Source: Lysobacterales bacterium
GTDB taxonomy: Bacteria; Pseudomonadota; Gammaproteobacteria; Xanthomonadales; BPKI01
Reading direction: 5' to 3'
DNA length: 64,000 nucleotides
Assembly: GCA_026005055.1 (NCBI GenBank)
Contig: BPKI01000001.1
Coordinates: 1,939,290-2,003,289 of the forward strand
Shown here: positions 31,453 to 43,809 of the stretch, piece by piece
Position numbering within the stretch: position 1 is the first letter of the stretch
Layout of the letters: each line of letters begins with the position of its first letter
Position numbers and translations under genes: made by a program
The notes under the pieces: generated by a model
The model's database searches: none
What the model was told of the DNA's origin: nothing
What the model saw: only the letters and a program-made list of their open reading frames with translations

Positions 31453-32175
31453 TCAGGAACCCGGCGGAGCGAGCTGCTGCGAGACCTCGATCGAGGCATC
31501 GCCTTTCGGGCGCTCCTCCACCGCTTCCCGTCCGGTCACCAGGAACGAGACCATTTCGGCGATGTTGGTCGCGTGATCCCCGATCCGCTCGAGGTTCTTG
31601 GCGATGAACAGCAAATGGATGCCGGCACTGATGGTGCGCGGATCCTCCATCATATAAGTGAGGGTCTCGCGGAAGATGGCGGTGTAGCGCTGGTCGATCT
31701 CGCTGTCGTTGCGCCAAACCTCCGCGGCATCCTCGAGATCCCGCCGCGAGAGCGCGACGAGCACGCGCTCCAGCCGCCGCCTCACCTGCCGACCCAAGTC
31801 CGAAAGCCCGCCCACCGACGGGACGATGGCCAACGCATCGAGTGCGGCCGAGCGCTTGGCGATGTTCGAAGCGAGATCGCCAATCCGTTCGAGCTCCACC
31901 GAGATTCGTAAGGCGGCGATGATCTCCCGCAGATCCACCGCCATCGGCTGACGCAGCGCAAGGATTCGCAACACGTCGGCGTCGATCTCCCGTTCCAAGC
32001 GATCGAGCTCGACGTCGTCGCGCACCACCGCCTCGCAATCCTGCCGGCGCGGATGCGCGACGCAGGCCATGGCCCGCTCGAGCTGCTCGGTGGCCAGGCT
32101 GCCTAGTCGCTGCACCTTCGCCTTGAGACCCCGCAGGTCTTCCTCGTAGGTCTTGACCGTGTGTTCGTGAAGCAT
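31453..32175 (-). CDS. phoU: Phosphate signalling complex protein PhoU
   Basis: It is 240 aa with two PhoU repeats (ERIGDLASNIAKR and ERIGDHATNIAEM) and lies directly downstream of pstB. Confidence 0.93.
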   Translation of the reverse strand: MLHEHTVKTYEEDLRGLKAKVQRLGSLATEQLERAMACVAHPRRQDCEAVVRDDVELDRLEREIDADVLRILALRQPMAVDLREIIAALRISVELERIGDLASNIAKRSAALDALAIVPSVGGLSDLGRQVRRRLERVLVALSRRDLEDAAEVWRNDSEIDQRYTAIFRETLTYMMEDPRTISAGIHLLFIAKNLERIGDHATNIAEMVSFLVTGREAVEERPKGDASIEVSQQLAPPGS

Positions 32176-32185
32176 CGGCGACTCC

Positions 32186-33001
32186 TCAGCCGAAACGGCC
32201 GGTGATGTATTCCTGCGTCTGTTCGACCCGCGGCACGGTGAAGACGGTCTCGGTATCGCCGTATTCGATGAGCCGTCCGAGGTACATGAAAGCCGTGTTG
32301 TGCGACACCCGCGCCGCCTGCTGCATGTTGTGGGTGACGATCACGATAGTGAAACGACCGGCGAGACGGTCGATGAGTTCCTCGATCTTCGCGGTGGCGA
32401 TGGGGTCGAGCGCCGAGCAGGGTTCGTCCATCAACAGCACCTCCGGCTCGTTGGCGATCGCGCGGGCGATGCACAGGCGCTGCTGTTGACCGCCCGAAAG
32501 GGCGAGCGCATTGTCCTCGAGCCGGTCCTTCACCTCGTCCCAAAGCGCCGCGGCGCGCAGGGACTTTTCCACCACCTCCTCCAGCACGGCCCGCTTGCGC
32601 ACGCCGTCCACGCGCAGCGCATAGCAGACGTTGTCGAAGATCGACATCGGAAAAGGGTTCGGCTTCTGGAACACCATGCCCATCCGCTTCCTGAGCTCGA
32701 TCACGTCGGTGCCCGGAGCATGGATGTCGCGGCCGTCGAACAGGATCCGCCCGCTCGTCCGCACCCCATCCACCAGATCGTTCATGCGGTTCAAGGAACG
32801 CAACAGCGTGGATTTGCCGCAACCGGAGGGACCGATCAGGGCCGTGACCAGGCCGCGTTCGATGTCGAGCGAGACCTCATAGAGCGCCTGCTGCGAACCA
32901 TACCAAAGCGAAAAGTTCTCGATCCTCAAGACCTGCCCATGCCCGCCCTGGCGGGGGTGGTAGGCCGTGGAGACGGATGCGTTGGAGGCGAGGGCGTTCA
33001 T
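32186..33001 (-). CDS. pstB: Phosphate ABC transporter ATP-binding protein
   Basis: It has Walker A (GPSGCGKST), the ABC signature ([14 protein letters not shown]), Walker B (LLMDEP) and PstB-typical flanks. Confidence 0.95.
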   Translation of the reverse strand: MNALASNASVSTAYHPRQGGHGQVLRIENFSLWYGSQQALYEVSLDIERGLVTALIGPSGCGKSTLLRSLNRMNDLVDGVRTSGRILFDGRDIHAPGTDVIELRKRMGMVFQKPNPFPMSIFDNVCYALRVDGVRKRAVLEEVVEKSLRAAALWDEVKDRLEDNALALSGGQQQRLCIARAIANEPEVLLMDEPCSALDPIATAKIEELIDRLAGRFTIVIVTHNMQQAARVSHNTAFMYLGRLIEYGDTETVFTVPRVEQTQEYITGRFG

Positions 33002-33022
33002 CGGCGTCGCTCTCGAAGTCGC

Positions 33023-34645
33023 TCAGAATCGGCTCCCGGCAAATCGCCGCTTCATGCGCGCTCGCACCAGGATGGCCACGAGATTGATCGCGAACACGAA
33101 GGCGAGCAGGAGCAGCGCGGTGACGAAGACCATCGGCTTGGCCGCCTCGGAGTTTCGCGACTGGAAGCCGAGATCGAAGATGTGGAAGCCCAGATGCATG
33201 AAGCTGCGGTCGAGGTGGAGATACGGGAAGTTGCCGTCGATCGGCAGCTCAGGGGCCAGTTTCACCACCCCGACCAGCATCAGCGGTGCCACCTCACCAG
33301 CGCCGCGCGCCATCGCCAGGATCAGGCCGGTGAGGATGCCAGGCATCGCCCGCGGCAGCACGATGTTGCGGATGGTCTGCCACTTCGAGGCGCCGCAGGC
33401 CAAAGAGCCCTCTCGCATCGAGCGCGGAACGGCGGCGAGGGCCTCCTCGGTGGCGACGATCACCACCGGCACCGTGAGCAACGCGAGGGTCAGCGAGGCC
33501 CAGAGCAGCCCTCCGCTTCCGAAGGTGGGGCTCGGCAGGCGCTCGGGGAAGAACCAGGCATCGATGGTGCCTCCGACGAGGTAGGCGAAGAATCCCAAGC
33601 CGAAGACGCCGTACACGATCGAGGGCACGCCGGCCAGGTTGTTGACCGAGATGCGCACCAGCGAGACCATGCGCCCCTGCCGCGCATACTCGCGCAAGTA
33701 AAGCGCTGTGACCACTCCGAAAGGCGCCACCAGCACGGCGAGCAGGATGGTCATTACCGCCGTGCCGAAGATCGCGGGGAAGACACCGCCCTCGCTATTG
33801 GCCTCGCGCGGATCGGCGCTCAGAAACTCCCACCAGCGATCGAGATAGACCTCGAGCTTGCCGGCGAGCGAGAGATCATTGGGTCGGACGAAGCGAACGA
33901 CTTGCGAAAGCGGCAGGGATATCCGTCGTCCGACGACGTCTGCCAGCACCACCCGCTCGCGCGAATCGCTCTCGCGCAGCGCCTTCGCCTTCCTCAGCCA
34001 CTCCGCGAAGCGCTCTTCCAACCGCGCCGACTCGCTGGCGATCCGCGCCTCCTCGGCACGGTGAGCCAGGCTGTCCACGCCGTGGCGAAGCTCGGAGCGG
34101 CGCAAAGCCAGCCGCAAGCGCTCGAGCTCGTGATTGATCGCGCCGATCTCCGAACGCTCGATGCGCCGGATCTCCCGAAGCCGCCGCCTCGCCTCCCGAT
34201 GCGCCTCCGCCAACGCGTCCCCGTCGGTTTCCGCGAGCGTCCCATCGCGCTCCAGGCCGATGAGGAAACCGATGAAGGGACCCCACTCCATCCTCTCCAC
34301 CATCCAGGCATCGGCTGGAAAACGGGTCGAAGCGATCGCCTCCTCGGCAATCCAGCGGAAATCCTCGCCGTAGAGGTCGAAGTTTCCCACCCGCAACAGG
34401 CGGCGCATCCCCTCGCCCCCCGGCATCGGCTCCCGTCGCACCTCGATACCGAGCAGACGGGTGCCGTCTCGAAGCTCGATGAGCTCCAGAGGACGAGGCC
34501 AGAAGGCGTTGCTGCCCTGCCAGAGGACGAGCATGAGCAGCCCGACGATCATGGCCAGGGCGAGCCCGAGGGCTCCGCCGAGCAGCCACTGGAAGGGCTC
34601 CCCGCGTGCGGTCAAGGAAGTCGAACGCCCGCGCCGATCGCTCAT
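33023..34645 (-). CDS. pstA: Phosphate ABC transporter permease PstA (long form)
   Basis: The C-terminal permease core carries the EAA-like loop (EALAAVPRSMREGSLACGASKWQTI). I trimmed the start to the ATG at 34645, which overlaps the pstC stop (ATGA). The track ORF extends further upstream. Confidence 0.9.
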   Translation of the reverse strand: MSDRRGRSTSLTARGEPFQWLLGGALGLALAMIVGLLMLVLWQGSNAFWPRPLELIELRDGTRLLGIEVRREPMPGGEGMRRLLRVGNFDLYGEDFRWIAEEAIASTRFPADAWMVERMEWGPFIGFLIGLERDGTLAETDGDALAEAHREARRRLREIRRIERSEIGAINHELERLRLALRRSELRHGVDSLAHRAEEARIASESARLEERFAEWLRKAKALRESDSRERVVLADVVGRRISLPLSQVVRFVRPNDLSLAGKLEVYLDRWWEFLSADPREANSEGGVFPAIFGTAVMTILLAVLVAPFGVVTALYLREYARQGRMVSLVRISVNNLAGVPSIVYGVFGLGFFAYLVGGTIDAWFFPERLPSPTFGSGGLLWASLTLALLTVPVVIVATEEALAAVPRSMREGSLACGASKWQTIRNIVLPRAMPGILTGLILAMARGAGEVAPLMLVGVVKLAPELPIDGNFPYLHLDRSFMHLGFHIFDLGFQSRNSEAAKPMVFVTALLLLAFVFAINLVAILVRARMKRRFAGSRF

Positions 34646-37221
34646 AGCTGGGCCGCCCTCCGCCGGAAACGCAGGCGTATCACTTCCGCCAGCGTATTGA
34701 GCAGGAAGGTCAGCACGAACAGGACCAGGCCGGCGAGGAACAGGACGCGGTAAAGCGTGCCGCCCCGCACCGCCTCGGGCAGTTCCACCGCGATGTTCGC
34801 CGAGAGCGCACGGAATCCATTGAAGAGATTCCAATCGAGCAGCGGCGTGTTACCGGCGGCCATCACCACGATCATCGTCTCGCCGACGGCCCGCCCCATG
34901 CCGATCATGACCGCCGCAAAAATCCCAGAGAAAGCCGTCGGCACGATCACCCGCATGGCGGTCTGCCAGGGCGTCGCACCCAAGGCCAGACTCGCGGCCC
35001 GCAAATGCTCCGGCACCGAGGAGAGGGCATCCTCGGCGATCGTGTAGATCAAGGGGATCACGGCGAAGCCCATGGCGAAGGCCACCACCAGCGTGTTGCG
35101 CTGGGTGTAGGGACCGAATACGCCGCCCCGCCCCTCGAAGCCCGCGAGCGAGAGCAGCGCGCCACCAGCGAGCGCGAGAAGGCAAGCCGCGAGGAGGACG
35201 ATGGCGAAGAAGCCGAGCTGACCGGCCGCGGTCTCCCGCAAGCTCGCAGGCAGCAGGCGGGCGCCCGCCCACCAGGAGAGGACGAGGGCCAGAGGCAGAA
35301 GCAGACCGACGAGCAAGGCACGGTCTCCCTCGCCCGCGCCGCTCAGCCACGCCCGGAAATCCCCCGCGAAAAACGCCTTTTCGAGGATCGGGGCGCTGCC
35401 GCCCGCCACCGCCAAGGCCAGCACGAGAACGGCCGCGAACAGCAGCGGACGCAGGAGTCTCGCATAGGCACCGTGCCGCCAAGGGAGAAGCTGCCAGAGG
35501 AATCCACCGGCGAGCAAAGCGATCGGGACGACCAAGAAGGCGACGAGCACCGCCAGCACCCAGTTCTCCACCCAAGGCGAGAGCACCAATGCAGCGATGA
35601 AACCGAGTACCACCGAGGGTAGAGCGGCCATTGTCTCGATGGCGGGCTTGACCAGGTTACGGGCGCGCGGAGTGAGGAACTCGGAGGTGTAGATCGCCGC
35701 CGCGAGCGCGATGGGAACCGCGAAGAGCAGCGCGTAGAGGGTGCCCTTAAAAGTTCCGAAGACGAGAGGCACCAGCGAGAGCTTGGGCTCGAAATCGTCG
35801 CTGCCCGCCGAGGACTGCCAAACGTAAGCGGGCTCGGGGAAACCCTCGTACCAGACCTTGCCGAACAGGGTGCGCCAGTTCGTCTCCGGATGGGGCACGT
35901 GGATTCGCCAGTGACGCACTCGGCCGTCCTCGCTCATCGCGAGCACCGCGTCCTCGCGCGGAGCGAAGAGGAGGCCGCGCACAGTTCCCTCGATCCCTGG
36001 CAACTCGAGCAGCCGGCGCTGGCTGGTCGCGTGCCATAGGGCGATCCTCCCTTCGACGTCGGCGGCGAGGAAACTCTTACTGCGCTGGCCGGGCACGAGA
36101 CGGATGAGCGGACGACCGGACTCGAGGAAACGTCGCGCGAGGACGAGCGTCCGACCATCGGCCGCACCCGCCTGCTCCCGTTCGAGTAAGAACCAACCGG
36201 CGAGGCTGCCGTCCGTGCCCGCCACGAGCAGCGTCTGGTCTCCGAGCAGGAAGTCGATGGCCGAAAGCGAGACACCCGCAGGCAGCAGCCGCTTCTCCTC
36301 CACCCGCTGCACTCGGTCGAGATCGCGCACCAGGAAACGCTCCACCGCACCGTCCCGACGAGCCACGAGCACCTGATCGCCGCGGCTGGAGACGAGCACG
36401 GCTGCCACCTGCGTAGGCTCCGCGAGCGTCGCGATCTCGGCCACCGTGGGCAGGACTTCGAGGCTGCCGTCGGCGAGGTTGAGCCGGGCTCGGGCACGCA
36501 CGAGGCGCAGCTTCCCGGCGGCATCGAGACTGAGCAGGTTCTGTTCCCGCCGCTCCGGTGTCCCGCTCAGGCGGAGGGCCAGCCGGAGCACGGGTGCACC
36601 TTCGGAGGAGGCGAGGAGAGGCTCGGCCAGCCGCACGATCGCCTGCGTTCTCCGCCATTCCCCGGAGTCGAGTCGAGAATAGAGACGAGAACCATAAAGC
36701 CCGTCGCGATCATCGAGGCGCATGAGCTCGCTCGGAACTCGCTCGCGCGATACGACCGTGGTGCGGAAAACGACCTCACCGAGGAGGATGCGCCCATCGG
36801 TGGTGCCCAGGGCGAAGTTTCGACCGTCCGGTGCGATCTCGAGGCTGCTTAGCCTCACGCTCTCGAGGGTTGGCGCCTCGACCGGTACAGGCGTGCCGGT
36901 TCCCACGTGGAAGCCGAGAAATCGCCCCTGACCATCCGCCTCGATCGCGATCCCATCGTACTCGTCCACGGCGAGCAGACGCCGCTCCTCCTCGGACGCG
37001 ATCCGGTACTCCGCCTCGGCCACGACCGAGCCGCCGCGGAACAACGGCATCACCTCGGCCACCAGGAAGATCATGATCCCGAAGATCGCGAAGATCACCA
37101 GGACGCCGCCAACGCGGATGCATCGGTCGGCGAGCCGATCGGCGAGCAGGACCCGCCGGGGGGTCGGCCTCCGCCTCGCGACCGCGGATTCTGCCGGCAA
37201 AGGGGCCTCAGTCGATGGCAA
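34642..37221 (-). CDS. pstC: Phosphate ABC transporter permease PstC (long form with a large N-terminal periplasmic domain)
   Basis: The C-terminal permease core (EDALSSVPEHLRAASLALGATPWQTA) is preceded by about 450 aa after a single N-terminal TM helix. It lies between pstS and pstA. Confidence 0.9.
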   Translation of the reverse strand: MPSTEAPLPAESAVARRRPTPRRVLLADRLADRCIRVGGVLVIFAIFGIMIFLVAEVMPLFRGGSVVAEAEYRIASEEERRLLAVDEYDGIAIEADGQGRFLGFHVGTGTPVPVEAPTLESVRLSSLEIAPDGRNFALGTTDGRILLGEVVFRTTVVSRERVPSELMRLDDRDGLYGSRLYSRLDSGEWRRTQAIVRLAEPLLASSEGAPVLRLALRLSGTPERREQNLLSLDAAGKLRLVRARARLNLADGSLEVLPTVAEIATLAEPTQVAAVLVSSRGDQVLVARRDGAVERFLVRDLDRVQRVEEKRLLPAGVSLSAIDFLLGDQTLLVAGTDGSLAGWFLLEREQAGAADGRTLVLARRFLESGRPLIRLVPGQRSKSFLAADVEGRIALWHATSQRRLLELPGIEGTVRGLLFAPREDAVLAMSEDGRVRHWRIHVPHPETNWRTLFGKVWYEGFPEPAYVWQSSAGSDDFEPKLSLVPLVFGTFKGTLYALLFAVPIALAAAIYTSEFLTPRARNLVKPAIETMAALPSVVLGFIAALVLSPWVENWVLAVLVAFLVVPIALLAGGFLWQLLPWRHGAYARLLRPLLFAAVLVLALAVAGGSAPILEKAFFAGDFRAWLSGAGEGDRALLVGLLLPLALVLSWWAGARLLPASLRETAAGQLGFFAIVLLAACLLALAGGALLSLAGFEGRGGVFGPYTQRNTLVVAFAMGFAVIPLIYTIAEDALSSVPEHLRAASLALGATPWQTAMRVIVPTAFSGIFAAVMIGMGRAVGETMIVVMAAGNTPLLDWNLFNGFRALSANIAVELPEAVRGGTLYRVLFLAGLVLFVLTFLLNTLAEVIRLRFRRRAAQL

Positions 37222-38194
37222 GATCGAAACCCTCGAGGTCCTGGCGGGCGATGAAGCCTGTGATCGGATAGTAGCCGTCGCGGATCACCGCTTCCTGACC
37301 CTGCCGCGAATAGACGTAGCGGATGAACTCGGCGCGCAAGGGATCGAGTCGGCGGGCGGGATGTTTGTTCACGTAGATGTAGAGGAATCGCGCGATCGGG
37401 TAGCGGCCGGCGTAGGTGTTCTCCGGCGTGAGCTCGTAGCAGGGTTCCCCCTCGCGCTCCGCGATCGGGACCGCGCGCACGTCGGCGGTCTTGTAGCCCA
37501 CCCCGGAGTAGCCGATGCCGAAGCGATCCGAGGCCACGCCCTGAACCACGGTGGAGGAGCCGGGCAATTCCTTCACGGTGTCCTTGAAGTCCCCTCCGTA
37601 TAGCGCGACGTCCTTGAAGTAGCCATAGGTGCCGGAGGCGGAATTGCGGCCGTAGAGCGCGATCGGACGATCCGCGTAGTCGCCACCGAGTCCGAGATCG
37701 CCCCAGGTGCGCAGATCACGCGGGTGACCACCGAGCCTCGTCTTCGAGAAGATCGCATCCACCTGCGGCAGGGTGAGACAGGCGATCGGGTTGTCCTTGT
37801 GCACGTAGATCCCAAGGGCGTCGATAGCGCCGCGGATGGCGCTCGGCTTGTAACCGAAGCGTCGCTCGAACTGATCGATCTCATTGCCTTTCATCGGCCG
37901 CGACATCGGACCGAAATGCGCGGTTCCAGCGATCAGCGCCGGCGGTGCGGTCGACGAGCCCTTGCCCTCGATTTCGATCGACACCGCGGGATACCGGGCG
38001 TTGAAACCCTCGGCCCACAGCGTCATCAGGTTGTTGAGCGTATCCGAGCCGACGGATTTCAGACGGCCCGTGACGCCGCTGACGGGTCGATAGTCGGGAA
38101 GGGTGGGGTCCACCTCGATCGCCCCCGCCGTCGCAGCGAGCGCGAAGAGGATCGCTCCCGCGCAGTGCGCGGTACGGGCAGACTTCCAGGACAT
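37208..38194 (-). CDS. pstS: Phosphate-binding protein PstS
   Basis: It has a signal peptide (MSWKSARTAHCAGAILFALAATAGA) and PstS-family motifs (GSDTLNNLMTLWAEGF, GKGSSTAPPALIAGTAHFGPMSRPM). I chose the ATG at 38194 over the TTG at 38257. Confidence 0.9.
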   Translation of the reverse strand: MSWKSARTAHCAGAILFALAATAGAIEVDPTLPDYRPVSGVTGRLKSVGSDTLNNLMTLWAEGFNARYPAVSIEIEGKGSSTAPPALIAGTAHFGPMSRPMKGNEIDQFERRFGYKPSAIRGAIDALGIYVHKDNPIACLTLPQVDAIFSKTRLGGHPRDLRTWGDLGLGGDYADRPIALYGRNSASGTYGYFKDVALYGGDFKDTVKELPGSSTVVQGVASDRFGIGYSGVGYKTADVRAVPIAEREGEPCYELTPENTYAGRYPIARFLYIYVNKHPARRLDPLRAEFIRYVYSRQGQEAVIRDGYYPITGFIARQDLEGFDLAID

Positions 38195-38239
38195 GGCCGT
38201 CGGGAAAGCGCCTAAGCGGAAGAAGACTAGGCGGCCATC

Positions 38240-38257
38240 ATGACAGTTTTGTGGCAA
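38240..38257 (-). promoter_or_regulatory. Possible Pho box upstream of pstS
   Basis: The minus strand reads TTGCCAC-AAAA-CTGTCAT, two 7-bp repeats at 11-bp spacing. The second repeat matches the CTGTCAT consensus exactly and the first matches 4 of 7 positions. It lies 46-63 nt upstream of the pstS ATG. Confidence 0.35.
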
Positions 38258-38260
38258 GGC

Positions 38261-40540
<2,280 letters not shown>

Positions 40541-40565
40541 GGCACGCTCTCCTCATTCCGCTCGC

Positions 40566-40892
40566 TCATGCCCGTTCCATCGTGCAAAGCAGGGGATGCT
40601 GGTGACTCCGCGCGAACTCGTTGACCTGGGCCACCTTGGTCTCGGCCACTTCGCGCGTATACACGCCACAGACGCCGCGCCCGCGGGTGTGAACCTGGAG
40701 CATGATGCGGGTCGCCCGCTCTCGGCTCATGCCGAAGAAGAGCTCGAGCACCATGACCACGAAGTCCATGGGGGTGTAGTCATCGTTGAGCAACACGACC
40801 TGGTACATGGGCGGCCGATCGAGATCGACCCTGCCGGGCTCGACGAGCAGCCCCTCGCCGCTTTCCACGTTGGACCTGGGTTGCCGACTCAT
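40566..40892 (-). CDS. clpS: ATP-dependent Clp protease adaptor ClpS
   Basis: The internal ATG gives 108 aa with the ClpS core ([27 protein letters not shown]...[27 protein letters not shown]). Confidence 0.93.
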   Translation of the reverse strand: MSRQPRSNVESGEGLLVEPGRVDLDRPPMYQVVLLNDDYTPMDFVVMVLELFFGMSRERATRIMLQVHTRGRGVCGVYTREVAETKVAQVNEFARSHQHPLLCTMERA

Positions 40893-41036
40893 GGAACTTT
40901 CGCGGACTCCAGATCTGGATGTCACCGGAATAGAGTATAGGTCCGATAACACCCCTATTTTCGTGAACACCCAAGCACATTGCGCCAAGACCGCTCATGC
41001 GGTGGCGAGTTCCCTTGCCTCCCGGACGCTCCCCCG

Positions 41037-41492
41037 ATGAAGCCGCCCCGCCTGACCGTTGCCGTCCTCGCCTTCGACGGTTCGAGACTGTTGTTCGTCG
41101 AGGAAGAGATCGAGGGTCGTGTGGTGCTCAACCAGCCGGCCGGACGGGTCGAACCCGGAGAATCCCTGCTCGAGGCCGCGCGCCGGGAGACTCTGGAAGA
41201 GACTGGCTGGACGGTCGAAATCGAGCATCTCGTCGGCGTCTATGAATGGCGCGACGCGGAGCGTCATACCGTGCGTTTCGCCTTCGCCGCGCGCCCACTC
41301 GCCCGACGTCCGGACGGCGTGATCGATCCCGTCATCCGCGCCGTGCTTTGGCTCGAACCCGAGCGTTTTCGGGAACATCCGCTCCCGCACCGCTCGCCGC
41401 TGGTCGCGCGCTGCGTGCAGGACTTCATCCGCGGTCGGCGGATCGGCCTCGATGCGGTGCTGAACGACCTCGGGCCGGACGGATCGCCGTGA
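41037..41492 (+). CDS. Nudix hydrolase (NudJ-like by position)
   Basis: It has a Nudix box (GRVEPGESLLEAARRETLEETG). It lies immediately upstream of mnmA-hflD, as nudJ does in E. coli. I chose the start at the ATG of MKPPRLTVAVL. Confidence 0.85.
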   Translation: MKPPRLTVAVLAFDGSRLLFVEEEIEGRVVLNQPAGRVEPGESLLEAARRETLEETGWTVEIEHLVGVYEWRDAERHTVRFAFAARPLARRPDGVIDPVIRAVLWLEPERFREHPLPHRSPLVARCVQDFIRGRRIGLDAVLNDLGPDGSP

Positions 41493-42592
41493 GCATCTTG
41501 GTGGCGCTTTCCGGAGGCGTCGACTCCGCGGTCGCGGCCGCTTTGCTCGTGCGCGAGGGGCTGCGCGTCGAGGCGCTGTTCATGCGCAACTGGGAGGAGG
41601 AAGACCCCTCGCGGCCTTGTCCCGCCGAAGCCGATGCCGCCGACGCCGCGGAAGTGGCGAGGATCCTTGGCATCCCTTTCCATCGCCGCGACTTCGCCGT
41701 GGAATACTGGGAGAGCGTCTTCGCCCGCGCCCTGGAGGAATTCCGGGCCGGCCGTACCCCGAACCCGGACGTGCTGTGCAACCGCGAGATCAAATTCGGG
41801 GTCCTGCTCGAGCATGCGCGCGCCTTGGGCATCGGCTCGCTGGCGACGGGGCACCATGCGCGTATCGCCCGGCGCAATGACCGCATGATCCTGCTCCGAG
41901 GGGCCGATCCGGAGAAGGATCAGAGCTACTTCCTCCATGCGCTGAGCCAGGAGCAGCTCGAGGCCAGCCGTTTTCCTATCGGCCATCTGCGCAAGAGCGA
42001 GATCCGGCGCATCGCCCGCGAACTTCATCTGCGCGTTCACGACAAGCCCGATTCGACCGGCATCTGCTTCGTCGGCGAGCGGCGCTTCCGCCCGTTTCTC
42101 GAACGTTTCCTCGGCCGCCGCGAAGGCGAAATCCTCTCCACGGACGGGACTCGGCTCGGCCAGCATCCCGGCGTGCACCTCTTCACGCTCGGACAGCGCG
42201 CAGGGCTCGGCGGGCTTCGCGGCGCAGCCCCCGGGCCCTGGTACGTCCTCGCCAAGGACGTCGCGGGCAATCGCCTCTACGTGGCTCAGGATCCCGAACA
42301 TCCCTGGCTGCAATCGCATCGTATCCGCGCCGCGCGCCTGAATTGGATCGCAGGAAGCCCTCCTGCCACTCGCTTCGCCTGCAGCGCCAAGCTCCGGTAC
42401 CGTCAGCCGGATCAATCCTGCATCGTCGAGGTGCTCGATTCGGGCGAGGTGCTCGCCGCCTTCGAAGCACCCCAGCGCGCGGTCACGCCGGGCCAGTTTC
42501 TGGTCCTTTACGATGGCGAGGAATGCCTCGGCGGCGGGATCATCGTCGGCGGCGACGCGCCGGGACTGGCCCGCTACGGCTTTCCACCATGA
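41489..42592 (+). CDS. mnmA: tRNA 2-thiouridine(34) synthase
   Basis: It has a PP-loop (VALSGGVDSAVAA), NPDVLCNREIKF, and ATGHHAR...KDQSYFL. The GTG start overlaps the Nudix stop (GTGA). Confidence 0.93.
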   Translation: MSILVALSGGVDSAVAAALLVREGLRVEALFMRNWEEEDPSRPCPAEADAADAAEVARILGIPFHRRDFAVEYWESVFARALEEFRAGRTPNPDVLCNREIKFGVLLEHARALGIGSLATGHHARIARRNDRMILLRGADPEKDQSYFLHALSQEQLEASRFPIGHLRKSEIRRIARELHLRVHDKPDSTGICFVGERRFRPFLERFLGRREGEILSTDGTRLGQHPGVHLFTLGQRAGLGGLRGAAPGPWYVLAKDVAGNRLYVAQDPEHPWLQSHRIRAARLNWIAGSPPATRFACSAKLRYRQPDQSCIVEVLDSGEVLAAFEAPQRAVTPGQFLVLYDGEECLGGGIIVGGDAPGLARYGFPP

Positions 42593-43215
42593 CCGCGGAT
42601 GAGATCCGAGCCTTCGTCGGAATGCTGCAGGCCATCGGACTGGTCCAGCGCGTCGCGAACCACGGCGATGGTCCCGCGGAGGCCATGCGCGAAAGCCTCG
42701 CGAGCATCTTCGTGCTCGACCCGCGCACGCCCGAAGAGGTCTTTCCAGGTCCCTTGGCCTTTGGCTGTCGCACGGCGCTCGAGCTCCTCGAAAGGCCCGC
42801 CCGGCATCGCCCCGAACTCGCGATGAGCGCCGCCGTGCTCCAGGTGGAGCGTCTTTTTCGCCGGCATCCGAAACTGGTCGAGCGGGTCGGGCAGCAGTTG
42901 CGCGAGCTCGCCCCGCTCGCACGAGAATGCGGCCCGGACGACCCGCGCATCATCGAGGCGCTCGCCCTGCTCTATCAGCGCACCATCAGCACCCTCCCCG
43001 TCCGGGTGGTGGTCAAAGGAGACCCGCGTCAGCTCTCCCGCCCCTCCTGCATCGCCACGATCCGCGCCCTTCTCTTCGCCGCCCTGCGCGCTGCAGTCCT
43101 CTGGCGCCAACTCGGAGGCCGGCGCTGGCGCCTGCTATGGCATTTGGGCCGCTTGCGTCGCTGGTGCCGCACGCAGCTCGCGCGAGCGGCAGAGGAGGTC
43201 CCGCCACTGCCCTGA
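42589..43215 (+). CDS. hflD: High-frequency-of-lysogenization protein HflD
   Basis: Its C-terminal segment IRALLFAALRAAVLWRQLGGRRWRLL parallels E. coli HflD (IRAAVLWHQVGGGRLQLMF). Its ATG overlaps the mnmA stop (ATGA). Confidence 0.85.
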   Translation: MTADEIRAFVGMLQAIGLVQRVANHGDGPAEAMRESLASIFVLDPRTPEEVFPGPLAFGCRTALELLERPARHRPELAMSAAVLQVERLFRRHPKLVERVGQQLRELAPLARECGPDDPRIIEALALLYQRTISTLPVRVVVKGDPRQLSRPSCIATIRALLFAALRAAVLWRQLGGRRWRLLWHLGRLRRWCRTQLARAAEEVPPLP

Positions 43216-43307
43216 AGACCGGCTTCCACGCGCCCTCTCGCGGATCGGCTATAATTTCGTTTTGTCCCTTTGTTGCCCGACCTTGAACGGTCGGTACGGA
43301 GTTCGCC

Positions 43308-43433
43308 ATGAAGGTGCTTGCTTCGCTCAAATCGGCCAAGACTCGCCACCGCGACTGCAAGGTCGTGCGCCGCCGTGGCAAGGTGTTCGTGATCTGCAAG
43401 ACTCAGCCTCGCTTCAAGGCGCGTCAGCGCTGA
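43308..43433 (+). CDS. ykgO: 50S ribosomal protein L36, type B (YkgO-like); absent from the ORF track
   Basis: It translates to [41 protein letters not shown] (41 aa), closely parallel to E. coli YkgO. A TATAAT hexamer lies about 55 nt upstream. Confidence 0.85.
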   Translation: MKVLASLKSAKTRHRDCKVVRRRGKVFVICKTQPRFKARQR

Positions 43434-43491
43434 GAGCGACGCGGCGACAGGGGGCTCGCGCCGCAAGCGTTGCATCTGAAGGAAGACCGCG

Positions 43492-43809
43492 ATGCGATAC
43501 CTCTCTCCGATTGCTCTGGTCCTCGCTCTGACGATCGCCCCCGCGGGAGTGTCCCAGCCACGCCGAGACGTTCTGCTGATCGAGCGCGTAGCGGTCGAGG
43601 GCGTCGAGCGTCCCGCGAATGGGATGCGCATGGACGAGGTCGAACGGCGCTTCGGAGCGCCCGAGCGCCGCCACCCGCCGGTCGGCGAGCCCCCCATCGC
43701 GCGGTGGGTCTATCCCGCTTTCACCGTCTATTTCGAGCACGATCGCGTGATTTACAGCGTGCTCAACCGCTCGCGGCCGGAGGAGAAGGGACCGCGCCCG
43801 CCGCGATGA
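43492..43809 (+). CDS. Hypothetical small secreted protein
   Basis: It is 105 aa with a signal peptide (MRYLSPIALVLALTIAPAGVSQP). Its stop overlaps the aguA start (ATGA). Confidence 0.55.
   Translation: MRYLSPIALVLALTIAPAGVSQPRRDVLLIERVAVEGVERPANGMRMDEVERRFGAPERRHPPVGEPPIARWVYPAFTVYFEHDRVIYSVLNRSRPEEKGPRPPR

Noticed and set aside
43277-43295. A CCGACC-N6-GGTCGG hairpin in the L36 leader that resembles the TCCGACC-N5-GGTCGGA hairpin at 22066-22084, considered as a REP-like family.
   Set aside because: I noticed only two short (6-7 bp) GC-rich copies, with no conserved flanks. That is too little to call a repeat family without a genome-wide count.
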